Positions 35,641-64,000 of a stretch of DNA of 64,000 nucleotides are shown piece after piece (the first letter of the stretch is position 1; the number at the start of each line of letters is the position of its first letter). Below the pieces are notes generated by a model that saw only the letters and a program-made list of their open reading frames with translations, was not told the origin of the DNA and ran no database searches. Location of the stretch: NCBI GenBank assembly GCA_963693365.1, contig CAVNZM010000004.1, positions 12,490,468-12,554,467 on the forward strand, given 5' to 3'. This DNA comes from Amoebidium appalachense (lineage: Eukaryota; Protista; Ichthyosporea). Position numbers and translations under genes: made by a program.

Positions 35641-36581
35641 GGGGGGGGGGGGATGGGATGGGGACGCGGAGGCCTGGTAGTAAGTCTTTTTGAAACTGTG
35701 GGAAAGACTGCACATTTGTCTGCGAGAGACCGCAAACGCCTGACATCTGCTGTGCGCGCTTGTGCAACTACGAGACATTATTTGTGTCCGTGTGTGAATG
35801 GGGGCAGTCATGCCGGGCTCCGGGGGAGGGTGTGTGTGTGTGGGGGGGCTTTTTTCGAGGCTTCGCTTGGTCAACATTTATCTCCAATCCAGGCCTAATA
35901 GGAGGAAGTGTACGGTACCAGCCCATGCAGCAACCACGGTGCTCAAGCTGCACTAGAAACCAACATAGAGTGGAGTTTAACTTAATCCTTATCATGTGTA
36001 CTAACAAACCGTATCAATCAGCATGTTACTCACTGAACGAAAAATAAAGAAAAGGTAAAAGAAAATCGCAATCCAATCGTTCAAAGTGGTGGAGTCATGC
36101 TCACATCGTTTAAAGCATGTAAACTTAATGCATCATTGTAATCACTGCTGCAGGAGATACAAGGCCTTATCTGCAAGAGACCATTTCACAAAGCACACAC
36201 TCGGCTGTTTAGCTTACGGGGCCATGGCTGTCCAGCACAACGTTCCCAAACCTTGTTCTTCCTCCCTCCCTCCCCCCCCCTCCCCCCTCTCCCCCCGGGG
36301 CCCCATTCGTTCTCCACCCCCCCCCCCCCCCCCCCCCCCACAAAACAAAAACAAAACAAAAAAACAGAAAAACTCCCCCAGAAAACACCACCACAAACGA
36401 ACTTTGCCCACCCACCCGCCACCTTAAAACCAAACTCACGTTCCCTGCTGCTCCGGTGCCATGAATATACCTGTCCGAGACTCGTCTTAGAGCAAAAGCA
36501 CATCCCCAGCCTATCGGCGGCATCTACCAACTAACTAAATATTCAGAATCTGTTCTAACAAACACACACCACACGCCCTCC

Positions 36582-41331
<4,750 letters not shown>

Positions 41332-42726
41332 TGTGTCTGTTGGTTTCTCTGTCCAAAGTAGGACACATAGCTTTTTTAATGGAAACTTTAAGGTGTCTAT
41401 GCGAGTCAGCCGATGATTTACGAGCTCGAGGCCTCGACTCCCCAACGGTTTGAAGCTGCAGGACTTAACGAGGCATCACATAGCCTGTGAAAAGAGTGTG
41501 TCAGTTATTGGATTAGTATGATATATAGGTTAACCGTTGGTGGATCAGGCGTCACAGTGTATAATACAGTACACGTACATAGTGTGTTACATCATCTGGT
41601 CTCAGTATTCAGCGAAATACCTCCGAATATTCACGCTATCCAGTCATTCACTCACCGCCGCATTACACAGGTAAGGTTCTGTGTGTGGCTGTGTACTATG
41701 TTGTTCCATGGAATCATGCAAAGTGTGTTTGGGATGCCACATGTACAAAGTGAGGGGCAAACCACTGACTTTAACAAACCAATATACTCAAATATTCTTG
41801 AATATTAGTTCAAGGCTCAGCCAACTCCGACATATTTTTTATTATTCCTGAGTTATTCCTTAGAAATCCAGGAATTTAAACAATTCCTGTAAGCGTTTTA
41901 TTTGCCCTAGTGTTTCTCACTTTCCCGATCTTTATGCACAGCATGACTAACATTATTAAGTAAATTTGGTCACTTAAATGACAATTGGATGGGTGTGTGT
42001 GTCAGCCAGTATGCACTATGCGTGGGCATGTGTGTATTTGTGTCGGTGATATTGATGCATATATGTGTGTGCATCTAGATCTGCACGTGCTACCGTGTGC
42101 CTTTTGGGCATCATGAATCCTTTTGTTGGCTGAGGCCTACAACGATAACTAGCAGGATCGCACTGTTGACAATAACATTGCCACCAGCGGATTTCTTTGC
42201 TTCGAAGACTACTCATTTAGAGGCCTCCGAAAAGAGGGAGGTTACTACATACTCTGTTTGTTCGTTTCGCTGGCATGTTTTTTTGGACCACTTTCGAGGC
42301 AGCCAGTGTGTACAATCGATCTTCCTTGTCTACATTGATTACCAATTGCGAATTCGGATGTTACAGTATGTGTCTATATGCGATTTGCACGGAAATGGTG
42401 TACATGTGCGTAGAATTAATTTCATTTCATTTCAACTCAATTCTCTATTAGTAGCCACATACTTTACATTTACGGCGCCCATGTAGTAGTATATTCAGGT
42501 AAAGTGTACACTCACGTCAGGTCATACGTGAACTCCGGATAATGTTGTGAAACTGCTTTGCTGTAGAGTGAGGCGACCAACTTGACTATTTCAAACAGGG
42601 CCTCACAGTGATCGTACATGTGAACATCTCGAAGTGTTTTAAACTACATGAGTATGCACTCGATCATGTTTTTTAAAATGCAAAGGGAGTACATGTTTGT
42701 CACTGCTTACCTTACAATGTTGCAGG

Positions 42727-42997
42727 TGGTCAAACACGCTGACCATTCTGAGAGGCTGCTACAATATTAACTTTACAAGTCCACTGGGATGAACCCCGTC
42801 AGGGCCCAGGCCCCCACACTGCAGCAAAGGCTGCTTGTGAGTGCACGATTAGGCCGGCGGGAAGAATGACTGGGTATTGCTGCCCAAGTCTGATGTCTCT
42901 ACCATAGAATCTGAAATCTGCAACAAGAAGGCTTTCTGCCTATGATATCAAGACCTGAGGCCCGTGCAACTCATTGAGAGTGAGGAACTTCGGATGG
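42727..42997 (+). pseudogene. Possible decayed hAT-like transposase exon
   Basis: A ttgcag/gtgagt-bounded segment interrupted by stops and a frameshift. It includes YQDLRPVQLIESEEL, resembling the hAT D-x-R-P-x-x-x-V-E motif. Weak evidence. Confidence 0.3.
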
Positions 42998-43810
42998 TGA
43001 GTGTACGTAACGTGGTGCAGCAAGTTTGGGTCGTGGGGGAGCTTAGCCACTACTACTGTAATAAACTACATAAAGCAAAAGAAATAGTTTAGCGCAGCCG
43101 CGCGCATAACAGGTTCACGCATCAGACCAAGGACACGTGTGCACGCCGCAGCGCACCAAACTTCTACAGTACCGCTGCCCAGAGCAACCATTCTACAACC
43201 GGTACGTACATGACGTCGGTACATAGGTACAATGCTGGACGCTTTATTGTAAGGTGAGCAAAAGTCAATGGAAATGTACAATAAAAGAGCGGATTTTAGT
43301 GGTTTACACGTTAATAGTGTGCATTTACACTTTAAATTACTTCATCTCACGTGAATACTACTTTACCAGGCATTTATATGGTACTTATGCTGCTTATGCC
43401 TGCAAGCGAGGGAGCGCGTTGCAGCTCTGCAGTGGCAGCGTGGCACCAGAGGCAGCTCCAGCTTGATGCTCCAACACCCAATCAGAACATATTATACAAA
43501 AGGGGCAAATCCTAAGATGAAATCATCGAATTCTGTGTAGCACAACGTTTCTGACATAGGCTTGCCCGTGTAGCTTAGAACACTTTCGACACAAAAAACG
43601 AAAAGAACAAAAAAACAAAAAAATCAGTATTTTTTTTTTCCACTATAGTATTTATTGCTTTTACACACCTTGACCAAAAGAGCCCATCAACACGATTGGA
43701 CACCATTTGCAGCAAATTTGCCCACCTTCATTAGAAATAAACTGATTGGTTTGTCATGATGCCCGCTAACCCAATCGATTGATTGACTGCAAATACAAAT
43801 AAACAAAGCG

Positions 43811-44062
43811 GCAAGCCTAGCCCAAGCCCGACCATAACCCCGTTTTTACGGTAAAAAATACCTAAAAGTTTTCAAAAATACCATCAAAATTTCAGTTTAT
43901 GGTAAGCCCCCGCAAGTTTCATGGTAAGTTACAGTAGGACCCCTCTTTTATCGTCCATTGACTTGGGAAGAAAAATACCATACCCGCCGGGCGAAAATAC
44001 ACCGGGGCTTGAAAAAATACCGAGAAAAAAGGTCTGAATTTTCGGGCTTGGCCTAGCCTTGC
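43811..44062. mobile_element. MITE (~250 bp) with ~21-bp TIRs
   Basis: TIRs gcaagcctagcccaagcccga / tcgggcttggcctagccttgc, with a repeated internal AAAATAC(C) motif. No matching TSD seen. Confidence 0.65.
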
Positions 44063-44238
44063 AACTTGCAAGTTGCATGATGATGCTCTTTGTTTTACTT
44101 TGATATTGTACATGTGAGAATCCCTGTATACGAGCTGGTTGCCACTTATTATGTTCCCGGGGAATACGGCAAAATACTAATAAAAGCTGGACTGGCTACT
44201 CCGCTTTTATCCACCCGGCATATATATGCATATCTCTA

Positions 44239-45725
44239 CAGATAACGTCCGCGAATAAGAACCCCCTCCAATAAGATTTCGCCCCCGGCAAAATCGTGTT
44301 TTTTTTTTCTTTCTCTTTTGACTGGACTTATTCGACGGAAAGATATGCAAGTATGCACGGCATACTGAGAAGACAATAAAAAAACTTCACGAGTTATCCA
44401 GTAACAAGTGCATACTGAGATACCTGAACACTGTGTGAATATCATATAAATACTCAATGTGACGACCAACAGAATTCAACAAAAAGTCTAAAGTGGTCAC
44501 ATTGCCAGCCAGTGTAGCAGACACCCGTAGGGAAAGAGGTAAAACGCGACATAAAAACTCACACCTATCAACATGCTTGCGATTAAAAGGTTCAGCACAA
44601 AAGTGGCACCAGCGGCGCACAATGAAAACGAAAATTACAACGCCACTGCACAACTTCCCAGGCAATATCAACATCAGAGCACCATACAGACTTATCTACT
44701 AGGGTGGTATCCATACGTACAGCAGGAGAAATATATCCTGCCAAAGCTCCCAAAAAGCGATAATGATCAGTACGGTGTTGCCTGAGGAACATAACACATG
44801 CAGACTGAGTTTTACCTTTGATTTCTCTAAGAACGAGAAAGAAATTTTTACTGCGTATGATAATAATGCGAAAAGGCAGAAAGAACAGGAAGAGAACCGT
44901 GTTTTTTTAAAATTCTGCCCCCCCGGCCAGTTTTCGGGGTGATCTTATTGGCGGACGGATGAATAAATCATGCTGGATCAAGCATGATCATGCCGACAAA
45001 AATGGCGGGAAACTGTCCAATTGTGTACTGTTAGTAGGCTACCGGCGTAGTTCAATCTTTACCAGCTAGAGGGGCCCGGGATTGATGTTGCAAGGGTGCC
45101 TTGATAACTAACAAATTATTACGTAGGCAGCCAGAGGGCCAAAAGTAGCCACTAAGATGGTTAAGCGTGGGGGCTCAGCGGCCACTAGGGCCCTTAATTG
45201 TCAGGCTGAAACACAAGGTAGCAATGCGGACTACCGAGCTTGCCAACTTGTCACAATTTTTTTTGGGTGAGGCAGCTAAGGTTCAAAGTAGGTTCGTGGA
45301 GATAACCAGGGAAGTTGCACAAGCAAGTGTAGAGGCAACAGCAATAATCAGCCAGGACACCTCAGACATGAACGAAGATCACTCTATAGCGCAAAAGTCC
45401 ATGCTCGCTCGAGTTCAAGAACGTGGGCTTCACGCACACACCAAAAACACACTTTCTGGCCGCATCGCATAAACAAACTCAACTTTAGTAATAGTACTTT
45501 GGTGCTGGAGGTAACATGTACATGTGGAACTAGTATCACAGTGTTTATGTAACATCATCATATTAAATTAAAAAAAGGTTTTTCATACAATAATGACATG
45601 TTTGCCTTATGGTACGTCCCAACTCAAAGTGTTAATACATATGCATATGCATGACATTGTGTCAGTGTCATATATGCATGTACCGACTGCTCATTCCTGG
45701 GTACATATGTACTGTACTGTGGTGT

Positions 45726-45769
<44 letters not shown>

Positions 45770-46546
45770 TCCCCCCCCCCCCCCCCTGTTGGAGTACACT
45801 GGTACTCCCGGCTAGCAATGTCTGTTAGAGAAAGTTTCTGAGCAATTGAATAATTGTTTCAACACACTCTCGAGTGCATAGAGCTGTTGTTTACGGTCAT
45901 ATTCATATATGGTAGTTATATGTTTGAGCCAAAACTGTACCAATGACGAGCTTCACTAGCAACGTGCTAATTGTGCTCATTAATTAATATTCCCGGTTCA
46001 GATGATGTCATGCCTATATTTGCCACAGGATCTATTCTTAGAGTGGTAGTGTGCTTTATTCCCGGATATTCTCAGAATATTTTTAGTTGTGTGAAGTAAG
46101 ATTTACGTTTAACTGCAATTGGTGTGTTAAACACGTTTATTTGTGTGCTTTAGTGCAAGTTAACTAGCCACTCAACGTGCACAGTTAACTTTTATATCTT
46201 TAACGACTTGTTTTCATTGTGCTCTCTTTTCGGCCATGCTGTACATGGCCCACCACCAGGGTGCACACGAGGCCACCATGAGGTGGCCAACGACTATATA
46301 AAGCAGTGCCTCCCATGTCACAAACATGGGAAGCAGAACGTTTGATTTACACTTTTCTACTGTCGTTTTCAGTGCACAAAACACATAGACTAGTTACCCA
46401 TCATACACGACACTATGTCTGACAACTTACAGTTGCAGCAACTAGTCCAAATACTGGAGCAGAGGTTGGCCTCACAAGATGCAATCATTTCTGACTTACA
46501 GAAGGAACAACGTGCACTAGAACTAGCGTCTATGAACACAATGTCC

Positions 46547-46580
<34 letters not shown>

Positions 46581-46681
46581 CAGCCCAATGCCAATGAGAT
46601 TCTGACCCCGACCCTCCAAAAAATTTAAGATTCCGCCACCCGGCCACATTTTGGGGGGTTCTTATTCGCGGACGCTATCTG
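44239..46681. mobile_element. Tc1/mariner-superfamily (pogo/Tigger-like) non-autonomous element, ~2.4 kb, TA target duplication
   Basis: TA|cagataacgtccgcgaataagaacccc ... ggggttcttattcgcggacgctatctg|TA: ~27-bp TIRs with one mismatch, each flanked by TA. A degenerate extra right end lies at ~44915-44957. No intact transposase ORF. Confidence 0.75.
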
Positions 46682-47072
46682 TAATAGCAAGGGCTATATG
46701 AGCGTTGATCTACTGTCGGGCAAACGAGTACCATATGCATAAGTGTACCTAACACTGTAGTCACAGACTCACAGTGCACAGTGTACCAGGAAAACACATG
46801 CATGATCAGATATGTTGAGCATGAGCTTTGTGAGCGTACGTGTACTGTAAGTGGACATGCCATGCAGCTGGGCGTGTTTACAGAGGATTAAGCGATCCAT
46901 GGCCATGCTTCGGAGGAATGATCTCATGATCAGTACGATCACACCATGGGCAAGGGACATAATAGCTAGCCCTGTACGGGGCGTACATATCACAGATAAT
47001 GGCAAGTTTTGGAAGCACTCAACGAATCCTCCCCCCTCCCACCCCCCGGGGGCCCCGCCTCCCCCTCCCAAC

Positions 47073-47103
<31 letters not shown>

Positions 47104-47139
47104 AACAACAACAAAAAAAAAAAGAAAACCCACACACCC

Positions 47140-47182
<43 letters not shown>

Positions 47183-47193
47183 GTGACACACAC

Positions 47194-47299
<106 letters not shown>

Positions 47300-47327
47300 C
47301 CCACCACCCCCACAAAAACTTTGAGGG

Positions 47328-47358
<31 letters not shown>

Positions 47359-47789
47359 ACCTTTAAACACCATGGTTCATGATCCAAAGGTGAGTACAGG
47401 TCGTGCAGGACGTCTGATAATTATGCATGGATTTAGCTTGCCAATGCCACCGTTTATTATTTTGCACATGCATTGCTGTCGCAGCACGTGGTGCACGTGG
47501 TTACCAAATAAAGCTCATAGACAACTCAAACTGTCACCATGCCCCTACAGTAATTAGTGTCTTGTACGAGATATTAAATTTGACACAACGATTTCTAGGC
47601 TCCGCCTGAAAAGTACACAGGACCATCTAAAACTGTACAGGTATGTGCAAGGTTTAATCCCCCCTACACCGTGACGTTCCAGGCCAGGCCCAGCTGCAGC
47701 AACAATATCAGAACAAAAAAAAAAGTGTGTGTGCCACTGTGCGTCTTGCATATGTGTGTCACGTGTGTGTGTGTGTGTGTGTGTTTGTG

Positions 47790-47855
<66 letters not shown>

Positions 47856-48384
47856 CATGTGAGCTTGCATATGCATGTGTGTGTGTGCGCGCGTGCCGCA
47901 CACGGGCGCTTGCATGTGGTGTGTGTGTGTGTGTGGTGTTTTTTTTTTTGGGGGGGGGGGGGGGGGGGGAGGAGGGGGAGGACCGGGGGGGGGGGGGGGG
48001 GGGGGGGGAGGGAAGGACGGGGATGCTAAGATGCAAAGACCCAGGCTTCAGATGTTTGGGCATCAGACTATAGCTATGTGTTAGTGTCCATTAGTATTTG
48101 TTATTGTGTATGTGAAACTGTGAAGGCTCGTTCATGTAGTAAGGGCCACAGTGTTATGTACATACAACATAGAATGGCGTGCAGCTATCCATAATACTAA
48201 CCAAGCAAACCCTATACGAAAGAAAACGAAAGGGTTTGAAACATGTACAGCTGCCAAAGAGAAGGTTGGCCACAGCACAACAGAAATTAGCCATTTAGAA
48301 TGGTTTAAAATTTGTACACGTGAGGGGAAATGAAGTAAACGGAAGCGCTCCCCCTGCCAGGGAAAAGACCCTCATATCAGGGGG

Positions 48385-59418
<11,034 letters not shown>

Positions 59419-59810
59419 GGCTGGCCTGCAGTGTGGCCCCTGGCTAGTTCGTGCCCATCCTAGGCAGTGTTTGCCCAAGAATGTTAGCTTTCAGCTGCTA
59501 TCTGCGCAGCATGCCGACACGCCTTTGAAGGGAAAACTTCACCAAAACTTCTCCATTTCTCCATTGCAATAATGAAAAAGCGCGCCCGCCCGGGCACTGC
59601 CCTACGTACCGAGGTTTGAAAGATGAGCGGATAAGCTTTATATGGCAGGTAAAGCTCCTGATTTGGCTTTGTGCCCACCAACTTGCGCCAAGTCCAACCG
59701 TTTTGAGTGAAACACGGAGGGGTAGAAAGAGACTCTGCAAAATATGTACAAACAACTAATGTAAACACCCGTGGCAGCCTGAGCCGAGAAGAATACACTT
59801 CCAGTGCATA
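59419..59810. promoter_or_regulatory. Probable bidirectional promoter between vezatin (-) and CPDase (+)
   Basis: Head-to-head start codons are separated by only ~390 bp, and this stretch is free of simple repeats. Confidence 0.55.
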
Positions 59811-60071
59811 ATGGCGCTCTCTGAATATGCCAAACCCACCTTCTCTGGATGGTCTCTGTGGCTTTCTCCTCCCCGAGGCTCTCAGGCCCACGAAGTCACC
59901 TCAGCTATAATCCGGTAAGCTTGTGCTGTGTTGCTTTTGAAATTTTTGGTCGCCAACTTTTTTGTGTGTAATTTCCTTGTTGTGATCCTCGTCCTCCTAT
60001 TCCATCTTTCCCTCACCCTCCAACCTGCCTCAACCTCCCTCCCCGCCCGCACCCCCCCCCCCCCCCCCCCC

Positions 60072-60104
<33 letters not shown>

Positions 60105-61465
60105 TTTGCCCCCCCCCTTCCCCCCCCCTGCCCCAGCTCCGTCCTCGGGCCCACCCTAGCCAGCCACAGACGCTCCACAGCATGCTCTCCCTGCCGTTCC
60201 TTCTACCTCCAGTTTAATGTACCTCCAGGAAAGAACTTGTCGAATGGAGCACCTGTTCTTCATCAATCTTTTTTGTTAGTTGGCATTCCTGTTCGTGGGC
60301 ACTGTGTGTTCTTTTGCTCAATCTAATTCCTTGCAACCAGTAGCTGTTCTGTTGCCTGCGTTCCGGACCCTGAATGACCTGTTACAACCAATACACCATC
60401 AGGGAGCAAAGTGAGCGGCTTCAGACCGTCAACTTTGACCCCCACATAACACTCCTGCCTGCAATTGTAGCCCCAGAAGCAGGTGGGTGCTAAACTGCCC
60501 GTGTTTTCAGGATCAGGAAGTAACTTAGTAATTGTATTGCTGCTGGCTCAGAGGGCATTCTTTAGTAAACTTCAATGACATGGGTACATTGCTGTGTACA
60601 TGAAAACAGTTGTGCTTAGGGAACGAGGGGAGTGGGGAGGGTGAGGCCTCCGTGAAGGGGGGGGGGGGGGGGGGGGGGTAACAAAGCTGTGGATCTCTTG
60701 AACATAAAGTGCACAAGTATGATCAGCATTGCCCTTTTAGGTGACTACTTTTGCACCAAATCTTTGTCTTTCTTGCTGTTGAGATCCTTCGGAAATAGAA
60801 TTGGTTGTGTGATAGCACCAACACCGTTTGTTGTCTTCAGATGCTTTGCGAATGTCTGAAGAGCTGGCAACCAAGATCAAACCTTACAGGTGAGGCCCCT
60901 GTGGATGGTACCAGACATGCACCCCTTGTTTCTTGACAGAAGTTTCTTTCAATCCCCTGGTGCACTGCGCCATAGTTGGATACCAATGATTTTCATTCTG
61001 GTATCTTGCCTTTTGTCTAGCTGAAGAAAAAATTTCTTGACTTCGCTGCTATTCCAGACTGTGGCTGCTGTTTTGCAAATCCTTGAATAACACTCCCCCC
61101 CACCCCCTCCATCTCCTCCCCCCTCTCCTTCCCCCACCCTCCGAATAAAAAGAAAGACACACACGTACACACCCTGACACTAACATATACGAACAACACA
61201 GCGTGCAGTTGATTGGTGCCTCCGTGGGGCAGCTCTACTTTCAGTGTGTTTACGCAAAGGTGGATCCAACTGCAGAGGTTTTGGAAGCAAATAAGTTGGT
61301 CTGTTTCCTTCTTCCCCAGGCGCTGTGCACCAACCAAAGGGGAAAAACCACTCTCGCCCACCATGCCTTCGTTACTACCATCTGCCAAATCTAACCCCCC
61401 CCCCCCCCCCCCGCCCCAAAGCTCTCTTTGCCCATAAGCGTATAGATGGTGAGGATCTGAGCCAG

Positions 61466-61501
<36 letters not shown>

Positions 61502-62175
61502 TTTCTATTTTCAACTGAAAAAGCAGTCTTTCGCCTTTTTGTGCTTTTCGCTAATCTGTCACGTTTTCCAGATCCATAACACCAAGATACTCTACCAAGT
61601 GAAGGGCTGTTGCATATACATCCGAACTCTTGGCCTGTGCATCACGCACCATCTATCGCTCTTGCTGACCATTTTTGGGCCGCCCAGGCACGTGACGCGT
61701 TCAGCAAACACAGCGACCCGCCATATATGCCCCACCTGAGCCTGGTGTACGGTGACGTGGATGAGGAGGTGAAGCAAAGAGCAGCAGCGGAGGTCAACGA
61801 TCGTGTTGCTGGTCTTACCTTTCAAGTGGATAGCTTTGAGGTGGGTTTTCGCACTTTTTTTCTCGTTGGTAAAATGTTTATTGGAGAGGATTTTTTTGGT
61901 TTGTCTTCTGAATCGGGCACTGGCGCTTAGTTGTTGTTTCGAATACTGGAAATTAGTAGCCTTTTTTTTGGTCTTTTAACCTCTTTTGTTTTTTTTTATT
62001 TGTTAGTATCCTCCTCGCTGCCACATAAGCCACCCACCCACTATAATTGTAGCTGCAGTTTCTTTTGAAATCTCTTTGCTCCATTGACTGGAATTTTCCC
62101 TTGCAGCTGTGGAACACGAATGGAAAGCCGGCCGACTGGTATCTCGTCAAGTCGTTCAGGCTAGCGCCCTTATAG
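59811..62175 (+). CDS. 2H-family cyclic phosphodiesterase (CPDase, 2',3'-cyclic nucleotide / Appr>p phosphodiesterase-like), 6 exons
   Basis: Exons 59811-59914, 60403-60482, 60841-60889, 61202-61298, 61688-61840, 62107-62175 (TAG). Motifs WSLWL, two catalytic H-x-T/S motifs (FDPHITLL, YMPHLSLVYG), YFQCVY and C-terminal LWNT..W. Confidence 0.9.
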
Positions 62176-62312
62176 TTGCTGGTATATAGCTACACAACCT
62201 TGCCCTAAAGTTTCATGGTGGTGTGCCCATTCGCTCTTGCACCATGGTTGCCTCTCAAAGCGGCATTTTTTTTTTTTTGGGGGGGGGGGGGGGACGGCCC
62301 GGACGGGGTCGT

Positions 62313-62349
<37 letters not shown>

Positions 62350-62754
62350 AACAGGGAAAAGTAGGGGCCGAGGGGGGGGGGGGGGGGGGGGTTACTGTAT
62401 GATGAATGAAAAATATATTGCTAAATAAAATAAATGATACTTGTCGTTGAAGAGGCTCTGTTTACTGTTAACTTCTCAGCGTATTTTCTTGACAAGCCTT
62501 CCGTCTTCGTTTGAACCTCGGATGTCGGACTGACGCCAAGCAAAAGGCAAACCGAGAACTACCATACGCTACGCTTTACCCATTGGTAAAAAAGTCATGT
62601 ATTTATTTTGCCGCGGCTCAACTTTACCAAATAAAGCAAGCAACATAGCAAGAAACCTCCCGGCGCGACGTTGGAAAAACAACTTTCGAACAGGCAACGC
62701 TTTTACTCTGCCGTTTTTTTGTATCAGAGCTTTCGGGCTCCTTGCACATACACC

Positions 62755-63138
62755 ATGGGGCTCCTATCGCTCCCTTCCACCGTCATACTCTCACTCATTC
62801 TCTCCTCCCAAGGAGTTAAGGCCAAGAGCTGCCACAAGGATGATCCCTGTTGCTTCCGCACCCTCCCAGTTGTGGCCATTAACGAGGATGTAAAGCTGGC
62901 TGTTAGCTCGGTGCAGTGGGCCAGCGACTGCCTGTCTGCCCTCCCCTTTGACCTTAAAGCACAGAAGACACTAAAGAGGAACACGGAGGCGGTGCAGGCT
63001 GCTCTGGATACGTTCTATGCGTACAAGGTGTGCGTGGCTTTGAAACCTAAATTCGCTTGTGCATGCGTTTGCGTGGCGAAAAAGTTGCTGCTGTATGGGT
63101 TGTGAGTGCACATTGTGGCACATATATACTGTTGTGTG

Positions 63139-63223
<85 letters not shown>

Positions 63224-63898
63224 TGTGTGTGCGTGTGTGCGTGTGTGCGTGCGTGTGTGCGTGCGTGCGCGTGTGTATGCAGCTGTTTTGGGGGCTTGCG
63301 CCTGTCACTGTGTGTTCGTGCATGGAAGTGTGTTGACTGTGTATATCCCTTTATACACTAACCTGCAGGTGTGCTGCACTGGCGAACGGGAAAGAGACAG
63401 GGGGCAAGGGTTAGGGGAGTGGGTACCTCTTCCCATGCCTAGAAACTTTCACACTTGCTCCCCATGGCACATGTGCAACCTTAGTGTGTTCTTTGCTGAG
63501 GCCGCCTTAATTCTTCCGGAGCTGAAAAGCATGGCATTTGTATGCCTCGCGTATGTCTTGCACAATAGCTTGTGCCAGTTACTGCAAAACTGCTACTTTG
63601 TGCCACAATTCTAACAACCATTTTTGCCTCCACCCAGTACCTTACCCTGGACTCTCACGTTAGTGATGCCACGCCTAATGCCTACGAAGTATTCCATGTC
63701 TCCACGGACATTGATGCCCAACTCAAGGCCATAGCCAACACACACTACACCAACGGGGCCCAGTTTCACTTTGCCCTTGCTCGTGCCACACGCCTGTTGC
63801 GTGATGCGCACACAAACTACAGAGGGCCGTTTGGGAAAACCATGTTGGGCCTCTGGACGGTGAAGCTGGAGTCGGCACTGACAAAGGACGACGTTCAG
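62755..63898 (+). CDS. Secreted peptidase S41 family protein, N-terminal part (continues beyond the window)
   Basis: Exons 62755-63027 and 63638-63898. A signal peptide (MGLLSLPSTVILSLILSSQGVKA) is followed by WASDCLSALPF..DTFYAYK and DIDAQLKAIANTHYTNGAQFHFALARATRLLRDAHTNY. This matches the N-terminal helical region of fungal/protist S41 peptidases. The catalytic domain is not in the window. Confidence 0.72.
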
Positions 63899-64000
63899 GT
63901 TCGTGGGGGCTACCTCCCCTTCCCCCCCCCCCCCCCCCCCCCTCCCCCCGCCCCCCACCACCACCCCTCACCCCCAAAATACACACACACACACACACAC

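Noticed and set aside
41332-41445. N-terminal extension of the 7TM-RGS ORF given in the ORF track
   Set aside because: It starts at a non-ATG codon; the first in-frame ATG is at 41331.

Overview
Intron-rich eukaryotic genomic DNA (GT-AG introns, CTRAY-like branch points) saturated with poly-C/poly-G, poly-A/T and (CA)n/(TG)n tracts, so nearly all ORF-track entries are spurious. Manual exon stitching recovers seven spliced genes with consistent reading phases (one vezatin donor unresolved): UFL1 (5'-partial, +), a SMAP-type ArfGAP (-) with an intronic tRNA-Trp(CCA), a TMEM106 homolog (+), a 7TM-RGS receptor (-), vezatin (-), a 2H cyclic phosphodiesterase (+) and a secreted S41-type peptidase (3'-partial, +). 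This gene mix suggests a non-metazoan opisthokont, possibly ichthyosporean-like (inference). Non-coding DNA holds several TIR elements/MITEs. It also holds a dispersed repeat family of about 11-12 copies whose shared end mostly abuts a C-rich run and whose intronic copies all share one orientation relative to the host gene; this is the best candidate for an undescribed system. All identifications come from motif recognition, not database searches, and homopolymer lengths may be affected by sequencing error.
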